Shown piece after piece: positions 53,636 through 64,000 of a stretch of 64,000 nucleotides of DNA. Numbering within the stretch: the stretch's first letter is position 1; the number at the start of each line of letters is the position of its first letter. A program made the position numbers and the translations under genes. The stretch comes from Lama guanicoe (lineage: Eukaryota). Under the pieces are notes generated by a model, which saw only the letters and a list, made by a program, of their open reading frames with translations, was not told the origin of the DNA and did no database searches. Location of the stretch: NCBI GenBank assembly GCA_013239625.1, contig MU053994.1:3601589-3665588 (forward strand). Direction: 5' to 3'.

Positions 53636-53886
53636 ACGGCTGTAGTCCGTTCTATGCATCCTCAGAAGAAAGGGAGGAATTTCCTAACTGATCTGATAAA
53701 CTTTGTAAAAATGAACTCTGCGTTCATCTTTCTACTTAACAAGTAATGGGAAATTCTACAATCCTACTTTATGAGATCTCGTATTTTCCACCAGCAAACC
53801 TGTGGCATAAAAATGATTTTCCTGAGAAATGGGACTTGGCAACTGGAACCAGTCACAGGAAAAACCAATGTCAAAACACGCAGACC

Positions 53887-54066
53887 TACTGTATGGCACA
53901 GGGAACTATACTCAATAACTTGTAATAACCCATAATGGAAAAGAATCTGAAAAAGAATATACATGGATAACTGAATCACTTTGCTGTATACCTGAAACTA
54001 ACACAATATTGAAAATCAACTCTACTTTAACAAAAAAATTAAAACAAACAAACAAACAAAAAAACC
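53887..54066 (+). mobile_element. Short 5'-truncated young L1 3'UTR
   Basis: tactgtatggcacagggaactatactcaa matches 31583 onward; A/(AAAC)n tail; TSD cacgcagacc/cacacagacc. Confidence 0.9.
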
Positions 54067-54970
54067 CCACACAGACCAGGTGGCCCAAATGGTTGGGCCT
54101 TGTTGGGAATGAAATAATAAGATAGGTAGACCAAGGATACTCCCTAATTGTACAGGTCCAGGGGCAGTATTTAATGTCACTTTCTAAAGAAAATGATAAG
54201 CAGTCTGCATAATTAGAAATTAACTGCCATACTCTGAATTATGTAAACAGCAGAACAGGAGGAAAACATTAAGCAAAAATGTAAAAAAACAAACCCACCA
54301 AACCTCTTGTCAGCATTATTTTTACTGAATCTGAGTCTTCATGGTTGACTTTTGCACAGAGCACTTTTTCTTTCCTTCCTGTGTCAGTGGTATTTTCCAT
54401 GTGGAAGCTGATGGTCTGGATCCCAGATTTGAAAGCTGGAAGTGTCACCCTGCTGGAAAGTTCAGGCTGGCTCCATTCAGCAGGCCGAGGCTTCATCAGT
54501 GGCAACACCTCTCAGCCATATGTCAATAAATAAATGCTATAATCGGAAACACATGCAGAACGTGAGTCATCTGCTTTCTGTCTCCTCCTTAGGAAAGCTG
54601 CATTAGTCATACAACGAAGGAACATTGCACCCCTTTCTCTTCACCTTTGTATAAATCCTTACCCTGAGTTTTCAAGGCTACTTGCAAGCTCAGTTGGAAG
54701 CAACAAGTGACTTGGATGGTAAGTTCCCGGTGGAAGAAGATGTCACCACCACAGACAACGATGGCACGAGACAGCAAACTAGCTGCCACACAACTGGCTG
54801 GGGGATTTAGAGGCCACCCTGTCTCAGAGAATGGAGTCTGGAATGCTTTGAAGGGTGAAGTAATCATGCAGACAACCAGCTGTGGAAACTAAATATGCCT
54901 TTTCAGAGTTTCCACTTTTGCAGCTGTGGAAAAACATGCAAAATGAAGGTGAGTTTGGTATGGGGGCCCA

Positions 54971-55472
54971 TGAAAATAATGCACAACCTTAGAGTTGAGA
55001 ACTGTATTTTATTTGGCGGGCTTTCTGAGGACTCAAGCCCAGGAGGCAGCTTCTCAGCTCTGAGGGACTGCTCCGAAGTGGTAAGGGAGGAACCAGGATA
55101 TTTAAGAGTTTACCAACAAAAACCAGGGCAAGAGATTACTGTTAATTAAAGAAAACCAGCCATCTCAAGCTAATGAATTTAGCACTTTTCTATGGATGGG
55201 AAGATGTAAGAGTCGGCTCATTGAAATCATTCCTTTGATATGTACCTTGCTCATCTAGGGCCAGTATTCAGTTCTTTCCCATCCTGAGTCCCCTCGGGGT
55301 GGGTGTCTGCAGTGGCTGCAGTGGCTGAGGGCTTGGCAGCCGGCAGCCTGCCTGTCTCCATCCTGAGTTCCCCTCAGGCTCACCACTGGGGGCGGGGGGT
55401 GGGGTGGCTGATGGCTTGATGGCCCTGGAATCCTTTGTTTGCTGATATGGCAGGCAACATTTCTCATTCACA
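54971..55472 (-). mobile_element. ERV1 LTR, MER41-like (copy 3 of 3), left terminus eroded
   Basis: Aligns to copies 1 and 2; ends tttctcattcaca; abuts the ERV-L pol remnant. Confidence 0.88.
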
Positions 55473-55499
55473 TTTGTTAACGCAAGGCCTTCAAGTATG

Positions 55500-57300
55500 G
55501 AAACCTATTGTATTTTAGAGAAGAAGCGATTATTCCCGCTCTTCCTCCATTTAACAGACTGTTTGGCCTATTCTTAAACTGGAAGGAATGGATGGCACTT
55601 CACCTCTGAGAATTGCAACCATAATTTTATGGTTACATCCACTGAGGCCCTCATACCGAATATTATTCAAGTTACATCTAATTAGTAACTGGTAAATACT
55701 TTGCAGTCATAGATTTGGCACATATATTTTGTTCAGGGTCTCACTGAAAGTCTCTTGGCCACAGCTTGGCTTCACCTCTGAAGGGACTCCATTCACCTTT
55801 ACCAGGCTGCCCACAGGGTATCTCAGCAGCTCTGCAGTCGCATACAGTCTTACAGGCGAGAGCTTACGCGCATCCAGCTTTCTCTCAGAGCACAGGTATG
55901 CCATCACACTGATGACATCCTCCTTTCAGGAGATTCATTTGACACACTTATTCAGGACACATAAACACTCACAGACGAGCTCACGGAAAAGGAATGGGCC
56001 ATTGTCCCATACATAGGGCAATGCCCTGACACCTCAGTTAAAGTCCTGATGTTGTCGAGAAACAGTTATTGACTCTCAGCACCCACACCATTAAAATAAA
56101 CCCAGCATCTTTTTGGCTTTTTGGGTTCTGGAGGCAATGTATTTATTCCTCATCTACAAGTTTTACTTACGCCAGTTTATGCTATTACTTATAAACTGGC
56201 CCACTTTGAATGGGGTTACTTACAACAAAAGACTCCAGATTCCATCCAAAGTGCAATAAAACAGGCACTCCTATTAATGCCACCAGAGACTCCATCACTG
56301 TAGAGGATGGAGCTGCCTCGTCTCCTGCCTCCTGGAGTCTCTGAATCACCTACAATGGTCATAAACTGCCAATGTCTTCTGGTGCAAGAAACTGCCCTCC
56401 TTGCCCCCATGCTATATACACCGTTAGACGGAAAAGTACTGCTTGTGTACTGGGCCCTTCTGAAGATGGAGGCTCTCACGCCCTGAGCATGTGACCCTCT
56501 GTACTCAGCTGACCATTATGCCCTGGGTCATGAAAGCAGCACCCTGCACACCTGGCATGGCCACCAAGGTTTCCTGCTACTGGATGAAGCCAAACCTGGG
56601 GTCTTCCTTCTGGTGCATTTGACCTGAGGAGGGGGTGGCTTCTCCTGTCTTCAGTTCCTTACCAGATGCCGTGGAACTGGAGAAGGTCACCTTTCTCTTA
56701 GACCCCACTGGCTACCTAGAAGGCCTTTGGGGTCAACTGAATGAACAACAATGGGAGTTTATACATGTTACATATGGTAGAGCCACTGTCACACATAATG
56801 GAGCGTGCCAGAGAGTTATTGCTTCTCACTCCTTTGCCAGATCTTACCTGATCAAGGATAGGACCTCAACACAATAGCTAGAATTTAGACAATCATGTTA
56901 ACAATGGATGCCCTGGCCAGCAACTGGTCCCATTTGTACATTTTACACATTCATGGGCCACTGCTGATGGTCTGGGTGTCTGGCTCAGCCAATGGTAGCA
57001 ACAACTCTTTGTCCAAGGATGCCCTCTTTGGGTAAAAGACTCTGGAAAGCTCTTGCCTCACACATTATAAACGAATGTCACACATCCCCCCACACACTAA
57101 AGACACAATACAAGGCCTCCTCAAGACATCTTTATCCCCTTCCGAGTTCCAGGCATTATTGAGTGACCAAGGCACTCATCTTACTTTCCAAAATATACAA
57201 CACTGGGCTCTTGGACAAGTCATTCACTAGAACTTTTACTTCTCTTACTGGCTTTAGGCTATAGGCCTCATAGAACACTATAATGGCATACTTACACAAG
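55500..57300 (+). pseudogene. pol: Decayed ERV-L (class III ERV) pol: RT, connection, RNase H, integrase core
   Basis: Hand translation across frameshifts: GKYFAVIDLAHIF, FTFTRLPTGYLSS, HHTDDILL (YIDD site, 55905-55916), FGFWRQ..IPHLQVLLTPVY...FEWG, HSWATADGLGVWLSQW, SDQGTH (57162-57179) and GLIEHYNGIL with exact D-35-E spacing; several in-frame stops. Confidence 0.92.
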
Positions 57301-60019
57301 TTCATTCAATTAATTGAAACATGGCACATTTCGGTCATCAAACATCAAGAGTAAAAGTAATAAAGAGTCTGACTCAATTTTTGATGTGTGACTCCTGACA
57401 GCTTTCTACCTTGGTGTGGAAGAGAACATGCAGGTGACAGTCTGGTCTCCAGACTACAGGACAGCCATTTTTAAGGGTGGCATTGTTGGGAATAGGTATT
57501 TCAGGTATTTTGGTAGCTTAATATTTGCTTTCTCTTGAGCCCTCCCTTCTTGCTGCTTCTTCCTTCCTTTCTTCTTTTCTCTTCTTCTTTCACATTCATG
57601 AATAAAGGCCAAAGTGGCAGGGGATGATGGGTGGAGAGAGAGGGTTATGGATCAATCCTCCTTGGCTGTATTAGGAGGCATGTGGATGACGAGGGGAGGG
57701 CCCATCCATTTTTCGCTTTCTCTACTGCAAGCCCTAAGCCAAATTCCAGTGAAGCCTGTATGTGAAAGCTCTGGTTGCAATTCATGAAGCCTTGTGCTTT
57801 TCAGCTACTTTAATTCCAAGCAACTCATTTTGAAATTAATTTAGGGACAAATACGTGATCTATTGAGAAAAGAATCCCCCAAATATTTCTATTTGGTTCC
57901 CTGGTATTGACTCACCCAGCTCCCCCACACACCCCTTCTCCCATTTGTCTGTTTTATTGCCCTAAGAGCTTAAAAAAATATGATGATCTGAGAGGCTGGA
58001 TGATGCCACCCAGATTATCCTTACGTTAGGGTGTTTTTTCGGTTGTTCAAATAATCTCTTTCACTGTGTTCATGCTTATGTACTTAATTTTAACACTGAA
58101 TTTTATCACTGCTCCATGAATCAAAATATCAATAACAAGCTAATAAAATAATATTGAGCTGGGGTTGAATGAGGAATCAGCGAGCCACAGGTCTTTCATG
58201 CTCTCCCTTGGCATATGGATTTAACATCACATCTGATCTAAATCCATATAGTAGCTAAGCCCACCATGTGCTGCTTTCACTGGGGAAAAAAGCCGCCTCA
58301 GACACATCTTTCCAGGTCTCTTTTTCACTTTAATATCCTTTAAATGATGGAAAATCAGATTTTCCCACTGACTATGCCTTTTGTCCCAAATGATAAATGA
58401 TGGCTTCTGTCTCTTCCCCTCTCTGTCTGATTCTGAACGGTGTTCAGAATAAGCCAGCTCTTTGCGCTGCGTTTTTGCTGCTGTCAGGGGATTTATGTAG
58501 GATGTTAGCTGAGCTATGGCAACTGCAGTGATTGGATAACGGCTCCCTCATTGCTGCATGCGTAGCACAAACCATGGTGGGGCTTTTTTTGGTTCTTCCC
58601 CAAATAGCTGCAGTTCTTGTTTGGGGCTTTAAAATGTTCATGTATTTTCAAGTAAGAGAAGAAATGAAAAAAAGTTGGGGCAATTTATGATTTAGCGAAT
58701 GAACGTTACTTCATGACACTGGATGTGTGACTTTGGGTAAAACTTTTAACCTTTCTGAGCTTCAATTTATTTATCTGTAAAATGAGGACATTGATGGGCC
58801 GAATTTTAAGGTCCTGTCCATGTATGAAATTCCATGTTCTATATCTGGCACCTTAAGTTGCTTGACTCAAATTGTCTTTAATAGCTTTTTTCTTTTTCTT
58901 CAAGTAAAGAATCCAAGAGAGGAATGGTATTCCTTTGCACTCTGTGTTCAAAAAGTAAGTAAATACCATTTCTCCCGTGCTTGAAGTGTCTGATGCTGAA
59001 CTCACTGTGTTCTCCCCAAACTGCCTTCTTCCCCAGCATTCCTCATGTGAGGTAACAGCACCACATCCCTCCATCTAGATCCAGCCAATCTAGAAACTTC
59101 GGACTCATCCCTACTCCTTCCTGTCAGCTCCCTCCCCCATCCCCTGACCTTGCCTTTTGCAGCTCTCAGACACTGCATTTGTGGAACGGGCTCCTTGGAG
59201 GCTAGGTCCACCCTGCCGCCTAGGCTGGTCACAGAAGGCAGAAAGTTTTAGTGGAAAAATGCTTGCATCAAATCAGTCAGTCTGGGCGCCTATCCCAGGT
59301 TCATCCCTTACTACTTAACAGTGTGACTTAGTCTAGGCTGGATGGGAGACCTTGGCTTCTAGAAAGTATGACAGGCTGAGATCCATGTGTGAGTTGTGGC
59401 TTATGGTCTTTCTAAGCCGTAGCATCTTTTACGGGAAATGCTTATAATACCAGTACCCAGCTCTCCGGGATTTAATGTATCTGAAGTGCTTAGCTTAGCG
59501 CCTTGATGCATCATTAAGTGCTCAATACATGTTAGAAGTTATCATTACTATTATTATGGTACGAGGCTCATTAGGAGCCTCAGCCCCCGTGTGTAGTATG
59601 GCCTACAATAAAACATTGCTGCCCAAACCCGTCTCTCAGTTGGTCCAGGTATTCACTCTACATGCCTTTGTCACCATGAAGTGTTAGCTTACCTCTGCTA
59701 CCTGTCACTGCTTGCTATGGTTCTGTTGAATTAATAGGCTTTGATTCCTCTACCTTAAAACTCCTCTCCCTTGGCTGGGTGGGTCTGTGGAGAAGAGGTG
59801 AATTGCTTTGACCTGGTGCCACCTTTCCCTGACTTTGAGAAACACCCACCAGGCCCCGGGCACAGGATCTGCACCCTGGCGCTGTGAAGGACTCTCCCCA
59901 CACCTTCAATGACAGCAGGAGCTCTGCTAGTTGGCCTGGTCCATGGAAGGTTCATCTTTCTCAGGTCCTCTTCTGCCTGGCCCTGGCTTCCTCCCTTCCT
60001 CCCTTTGGATGTTGGTGGG

Positions 60020-60840
60020 TGTGGCACTGGGTTTTCTCCTAAGACCGCTACCACAAAAGCTCCCACTTCACAGGCTCTTCTACAGTGGGACCCGCCAGTC
60101 CGCCAACAAGAAGTGGAGCCAAATCTTCTTCTTCTTGCATGTGGATTGGCCTTAGTGGCTTGTTTAATAATTAATATTAAGATTCTTACTAATTAGTTCA
60201 TATTATTGATTATTATTTGGCTGTCCCTCTCATCAGTCAGGGGTCTAGCCCAGGCTTTCTTCCATGGTGGTAGGAGCATTCCAAGAGAGGAAAGGTGGCA
60301 GCTGCAAACCCCTTGACGTCTAGGCTCCAGAACTCACAGTGTCACTTCCACCACATTTTATTGGCCAAATTTATCTATTTATCTATCTGTCTGTCTACTT
60401 ACTAATAATATTTTTAAGGTTAATAATTAATAAGATATGGCAGAAATGATGCCATATGACTTCTAAGCTAAGTCAGAAAGGGCCATGCAGCTCCTGCCAT
60501 GGTGTCTTGGGGTTATAGATCCCTAGTCACTCCTTCTCAGGACCCAGTTGCCATGATGTGAGAAACAGAAGCCGTACAGAAAGGTCACACATAGGTGACC
60601 CAGTCAACAGCCTCAGCTGAGCTTGTCCTTCAGCTGTCCCAGAGCAGGCACTAGCCATATGAGTGAGGAAATCATTTGAAAGAGGATCCCCCAACCACAG
60701 CCACTGGAGTCACCTTCAGCTGATCAAGTCATCATCCCAGACATTGTGGAGCCAAGAAGAGATGTCCCCACTGTACCCTGCCCGAAGACATGACTCACAG
60801 TATCCATGTGCATAATAAAATGGGGGTTCTTTCATGCCAC
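60020..60840 (+). mobile_element. MaLR LTR (MLT1F/G-like), interrupted at 60177-60419
   Basis: ccgccaacaagaagtggagcc...ggccttagtggcttg then atggcagaaatgatgccatatgacttctaagcta...cataataaaatggg. Confidence 0.8.
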
Positions 60841-61299
60841 CTCACCTGCTCTTCATCAGAAGCCGTTAAGTTCATTTATGTCAACCCTGGAAGCCTCAAG
60901 AGGATCCCTTCTTTTCATCCGCACTGACTCTGCCTTCATTCAGGTCGCCATTCTCTTGCCCTGGAATCTGTGTCACAGTCTTACACCAGCTCTTCTTGTT
61001 ACCAGCTTTTCACTCTCCAATTCTGACTCCTTGCTACTGTCATTTTTTCTAGAAAACAAACCCCATCATAACAATTTGAAAGTGCCGAATGGAATCTTTC
61101 CATTCTCCATCCTCCCTAACTCGGCAAACACAGTCCTTCTTAATCTGGTTTCAACCAACCTCCCTACCCACCACTTTCTAACTGGAATCCCATACTCTTG
61201 CCACCCAGATTCTCATCATTTCCTAATCATGCTGTGTTCTTGAGCACTTTGCAACATGGCATTTGTTCTTTCCTCTGTTTGGAACAGCCTTTCCCCTCA

Positions 61300-61400
61300 A
61301 TTTTTTCTCTTCTTTTCTCTTTTTTCCTTTTTCTCTTTCTTCCCTCCCTCCTTTCCCCCTTCCTTCTCTCCCTTCTCTCTCCTTCTTTCCTTTCTTTCTG
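61300..61400. repeat. Polypyrimidine (CT-rich) low-complexity tract
   Basis: About 100 bp almost entirely C/T. Confidence 0.9.
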
Positions 61401-61418
61401 CCCCAAAGTTAATGCTTA

Positions 61419-61862
61419 AGTCTTAGTTTTCTATTGTTGTGTAACAACCACTCAAAAAATTATTGGCTGAAAACAACAAAGATTTATGATTTCTCACACA
61501 CCCATGGGTTAACTAGGTGGTCTCATCTGTCAGCTGACAGTTCAGCTGGGGCTGGAAGGACTCAGATGGCCTTGCTCACATATCTGGGGTTTGAGCACTG
61601 CTTCTCTGCACTGGGTCTCTCAACATTCGGTGGTCTAGCCTAGGCTTCCTTACGTGGTGGCAGGAGCAGTTAAAGAAATCAAAGGTGGAAGCTGCAAGGC
61701 CCCTTGAGGTCTAGGCTCTAGAACTCACAGTGTCACTTCCACCACATTCCATTGGTCAAAGCGAGACAGAAGCCAGTCCAGACTAAAGGGGTGAGGAAAT
61801 AGACTCCATCTTTTAATGGAAGGAGCTGCAAAATCTTGTGGCTATACTTATCACAGCCAACA
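61419..61862 (-). mobile_element. MaLR LTR (MLT1H-like)
   Basis: gtcttagttttctattgttgtgtaacaaccac...ggaagctgcaaggccccttgagg...aatagactccatcttttaatggaaggagctgcaaa. Confidence 0.85.
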
Positions 61863-62949
61863 CATCCTTCAAGGTCAAGTTTGTGTGCAAGCATTCCATA
61901 CTGTAGTCATTATTCACCCTTTAATTCAGCCATCCATTCTTTCATTTACTAAGAATATTTGTCAGGTACCTTGTGTAAGTTAGGAATTGGGCACTGAGAA
62001 CACAGAGGCAAACTACTTATGGTCCCACCACCTTTTATGTCTATAATATATTCTTTATAATATTTATTTCATTATGTTGTAATTGTTTGTTTACACGTTT
62101 AATTTTCCTAGTGCACTGTGAGGTCATAGAGAGGAGAAACAGCGTCTCATCTCACTTTTGGTAGGAGTGACAAAGTGTTGTTTTAAAGCTAATAATGTTT
62201 TGTTTGTTTGTTTGTTTGTTTGCTATTGTTCCTGGAGGGGTAGCACGTTCATCTGTGGAGGAAGATAGCTTTTTTATTTAGGGAAAAATTCTCATCAGTT
62301 GGATGAGCCTTTTGTCTATGGAAAACCTGAACTCTCATAGAAAAGTTAAGGGCAAAGCAAAAGTGCCAACTTGAACACGCCTCTATGTGTAACAACTCGT
62401 CTATTAGTGCTTGCCACTTCGGGAAGGAAATTAAAACCCCTGAGTTAAGCCTTGGGGGAAGGCTAGGCAGGTTTCTCCACAGGAAAGCAGCGATCAAGGC
62501 TCTTTATTCTTTGGATAGCACAACCATATTTTCTTAAGTGAAATGTTAAATCGGATGACCCAACAGTTGTTTTGTTCATTGCCTGGGAAAATATGGAGGA
62601 ACGATTTTATTACTTTACACAACCAGGCAGGTAATTAGTTTGAGTGGTTAAATAGGCTATTTGTTTAATACAAATGAGAATAAACAAGTTACTCTTATGT
62701 TTAAGGATATAAAATTTGATATTTTGTTCTGCATTTTGCCTTTTAGTTTCATTTCTCTTTTTCACATCATTTTTTTTTCTGCTCATAAAAAAACGCATGG
62801 CCCACTTCGCCTCATTCACAAATATATACACACAGGTATATCTATATGCTCATTTACACACTTACCCATATTATAATCTGGATCCAATAGTTTAAAGATT
62901 TATAGTTTTTTCTTTTTAATAGATTTGGGATTCCAGTTTATCTAGTGTA

Positions 62950-63380
62950 AAAAGCTGCTGTACATATATTTTCACTTAACATTATCACAAGTACTTTCCC
63001 ATCTCATTAAATGTTCTTTGAGGAAAGAATTTCCAGTAATGTAGCATAATTTATTTAAACATTTTCCCACTGTTGAGTAGTTCTTAGCTACTAAAAGTAA
63101 TGTTCCAAAGTATTTTCATGTACATAAATTCTTGTGTTTATCACCATTTCCTCGGGATGTTTCCTAACAGCTAAAATACTGGGTCAAAGAACATGAGCAG
63201 GTACAAGCTTCTTCCTCTATCACCACATTGCCCTTTAGAAAGGTAACAACATACAATCTTTCAAATGGTGTAGGAGTGTCAATTTCTCTGCACTTCTGTT
63301 TCCTGTATTGGTAATTTCATTAAAAATTGCTTTGCCAGACTGAGAGTGAAAATGGCATGCTGTTGTTTTTAATTTGCCTT
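62950..63380 (-). mobile_element. Ancient L1ME 3' fragment
   Basis: ttttcacttaacattatcacaag, cataatttatttaaacattttccc, gtgaaaatggcatgctgttgtttttaatttgc. Confidence 0.7.
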
Positions 63381-64000
63381 TTATTTTGTATATTGATGTA
63401 GCTTCTCTTTCAATAGACTGTGGGCTTCATCTTTAGGTCCTTACAACCAGAGAGTCATCTGTCTCCTTAGATTCTGAGAGTTTATGTTACCATTTCCTGA
63501 GCTAGAAATTGACTTTTTTTTTCATTGAAAGTGAAGTCCAGGTACCAGGTATCTCCACAGCAACCTCTCTGAGCTCCCTGAGGGGAATCTACTCACAAAA
63601 AGTGAACAGTGTCCAATTCACTGAAGATTTTGTAGGGGAGACAGAAGAGTGAGTTGATATTGTGTACTTCCCTGCAAAGCACTTAAAATCTTCTTAAGAT
63701 GTTTCGCTTACCTCCAAGCTCCTCTTTCCTCTCTCTGATGCCCCAATGTCCAGGGTCTTCTTTCTTCCTACATGTGGCACGTGATCTCAGTAAGTTCTCC
63801 CTAGTCCTTGAATGACCCTATTTGTTAACAAGCTATGCCCTTTGAAGCTCTAACCCTTATTCCCTCAAAGGACTTATCAACATATTCTCCCATTAGGAGG
63901 GAGTGATTCTTACATAGCAGTTAAGAGAAAAATTTCTCCACGTTGTTTCAGAAGCATTATATAACATTTTCGGTTAAAATTTAAAATGATCTATTTCTTA

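Noticed and set aside
47800..55472. A 7.7-kb provirus bounded by MER41-like copies 2 and 3
   Set aside because: Copy 2 has its own TSD, and the interval holds MIR, L1ME, MER58 and MLT1 elements older than the LTRs; the pol remnant lies outside and on the opposite strand.
55500..57300. Domesticated retroviral gene
   Set aside because: Multiple stops and frameshifts, a mutated YIDD motif and an internal deletion.

Overview
This is eutherian, repeat-dense, non-coding DNA (intergenic or deep intronic), not prokaryotic. Five tRNA-Ala-derived SINEs matching the camelid Vic-1 family point to a camelid genome (inference from recalled consensus). I found no supportable cellular protein-coding exon, RNA gene or CRISPR array; nearly all ORFs in the track lie in decayed repeats or are chance ORFs. 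The window is a nested mosaic of old and younger L1s, L2/MIR, MaLR (MLT1) and ERVL/ERV1 LTRs, three same-family MER41-like LTRs, a deleted ERV1 provirus inside an L1 5'UTR monomer array, and a decayed ERV-L pol (RT, RNase H, integrase). The most notable observations are: two independent TSD-flanked L1 insertions in which the 5' promoter end is fused directly to the 3' end right after an AG (candidate spliced or non-autonomous mini-L1s); a candidate locally templated insertion flanked by a 13-bp direct repeat; and a small CpG-enriched promoter-like patch near 18.3 kb. Repeat family names come from memory of consensus sequences and need RepeatMasker/Dfam confirmation. Boundaries without stated TSDs are approximate.
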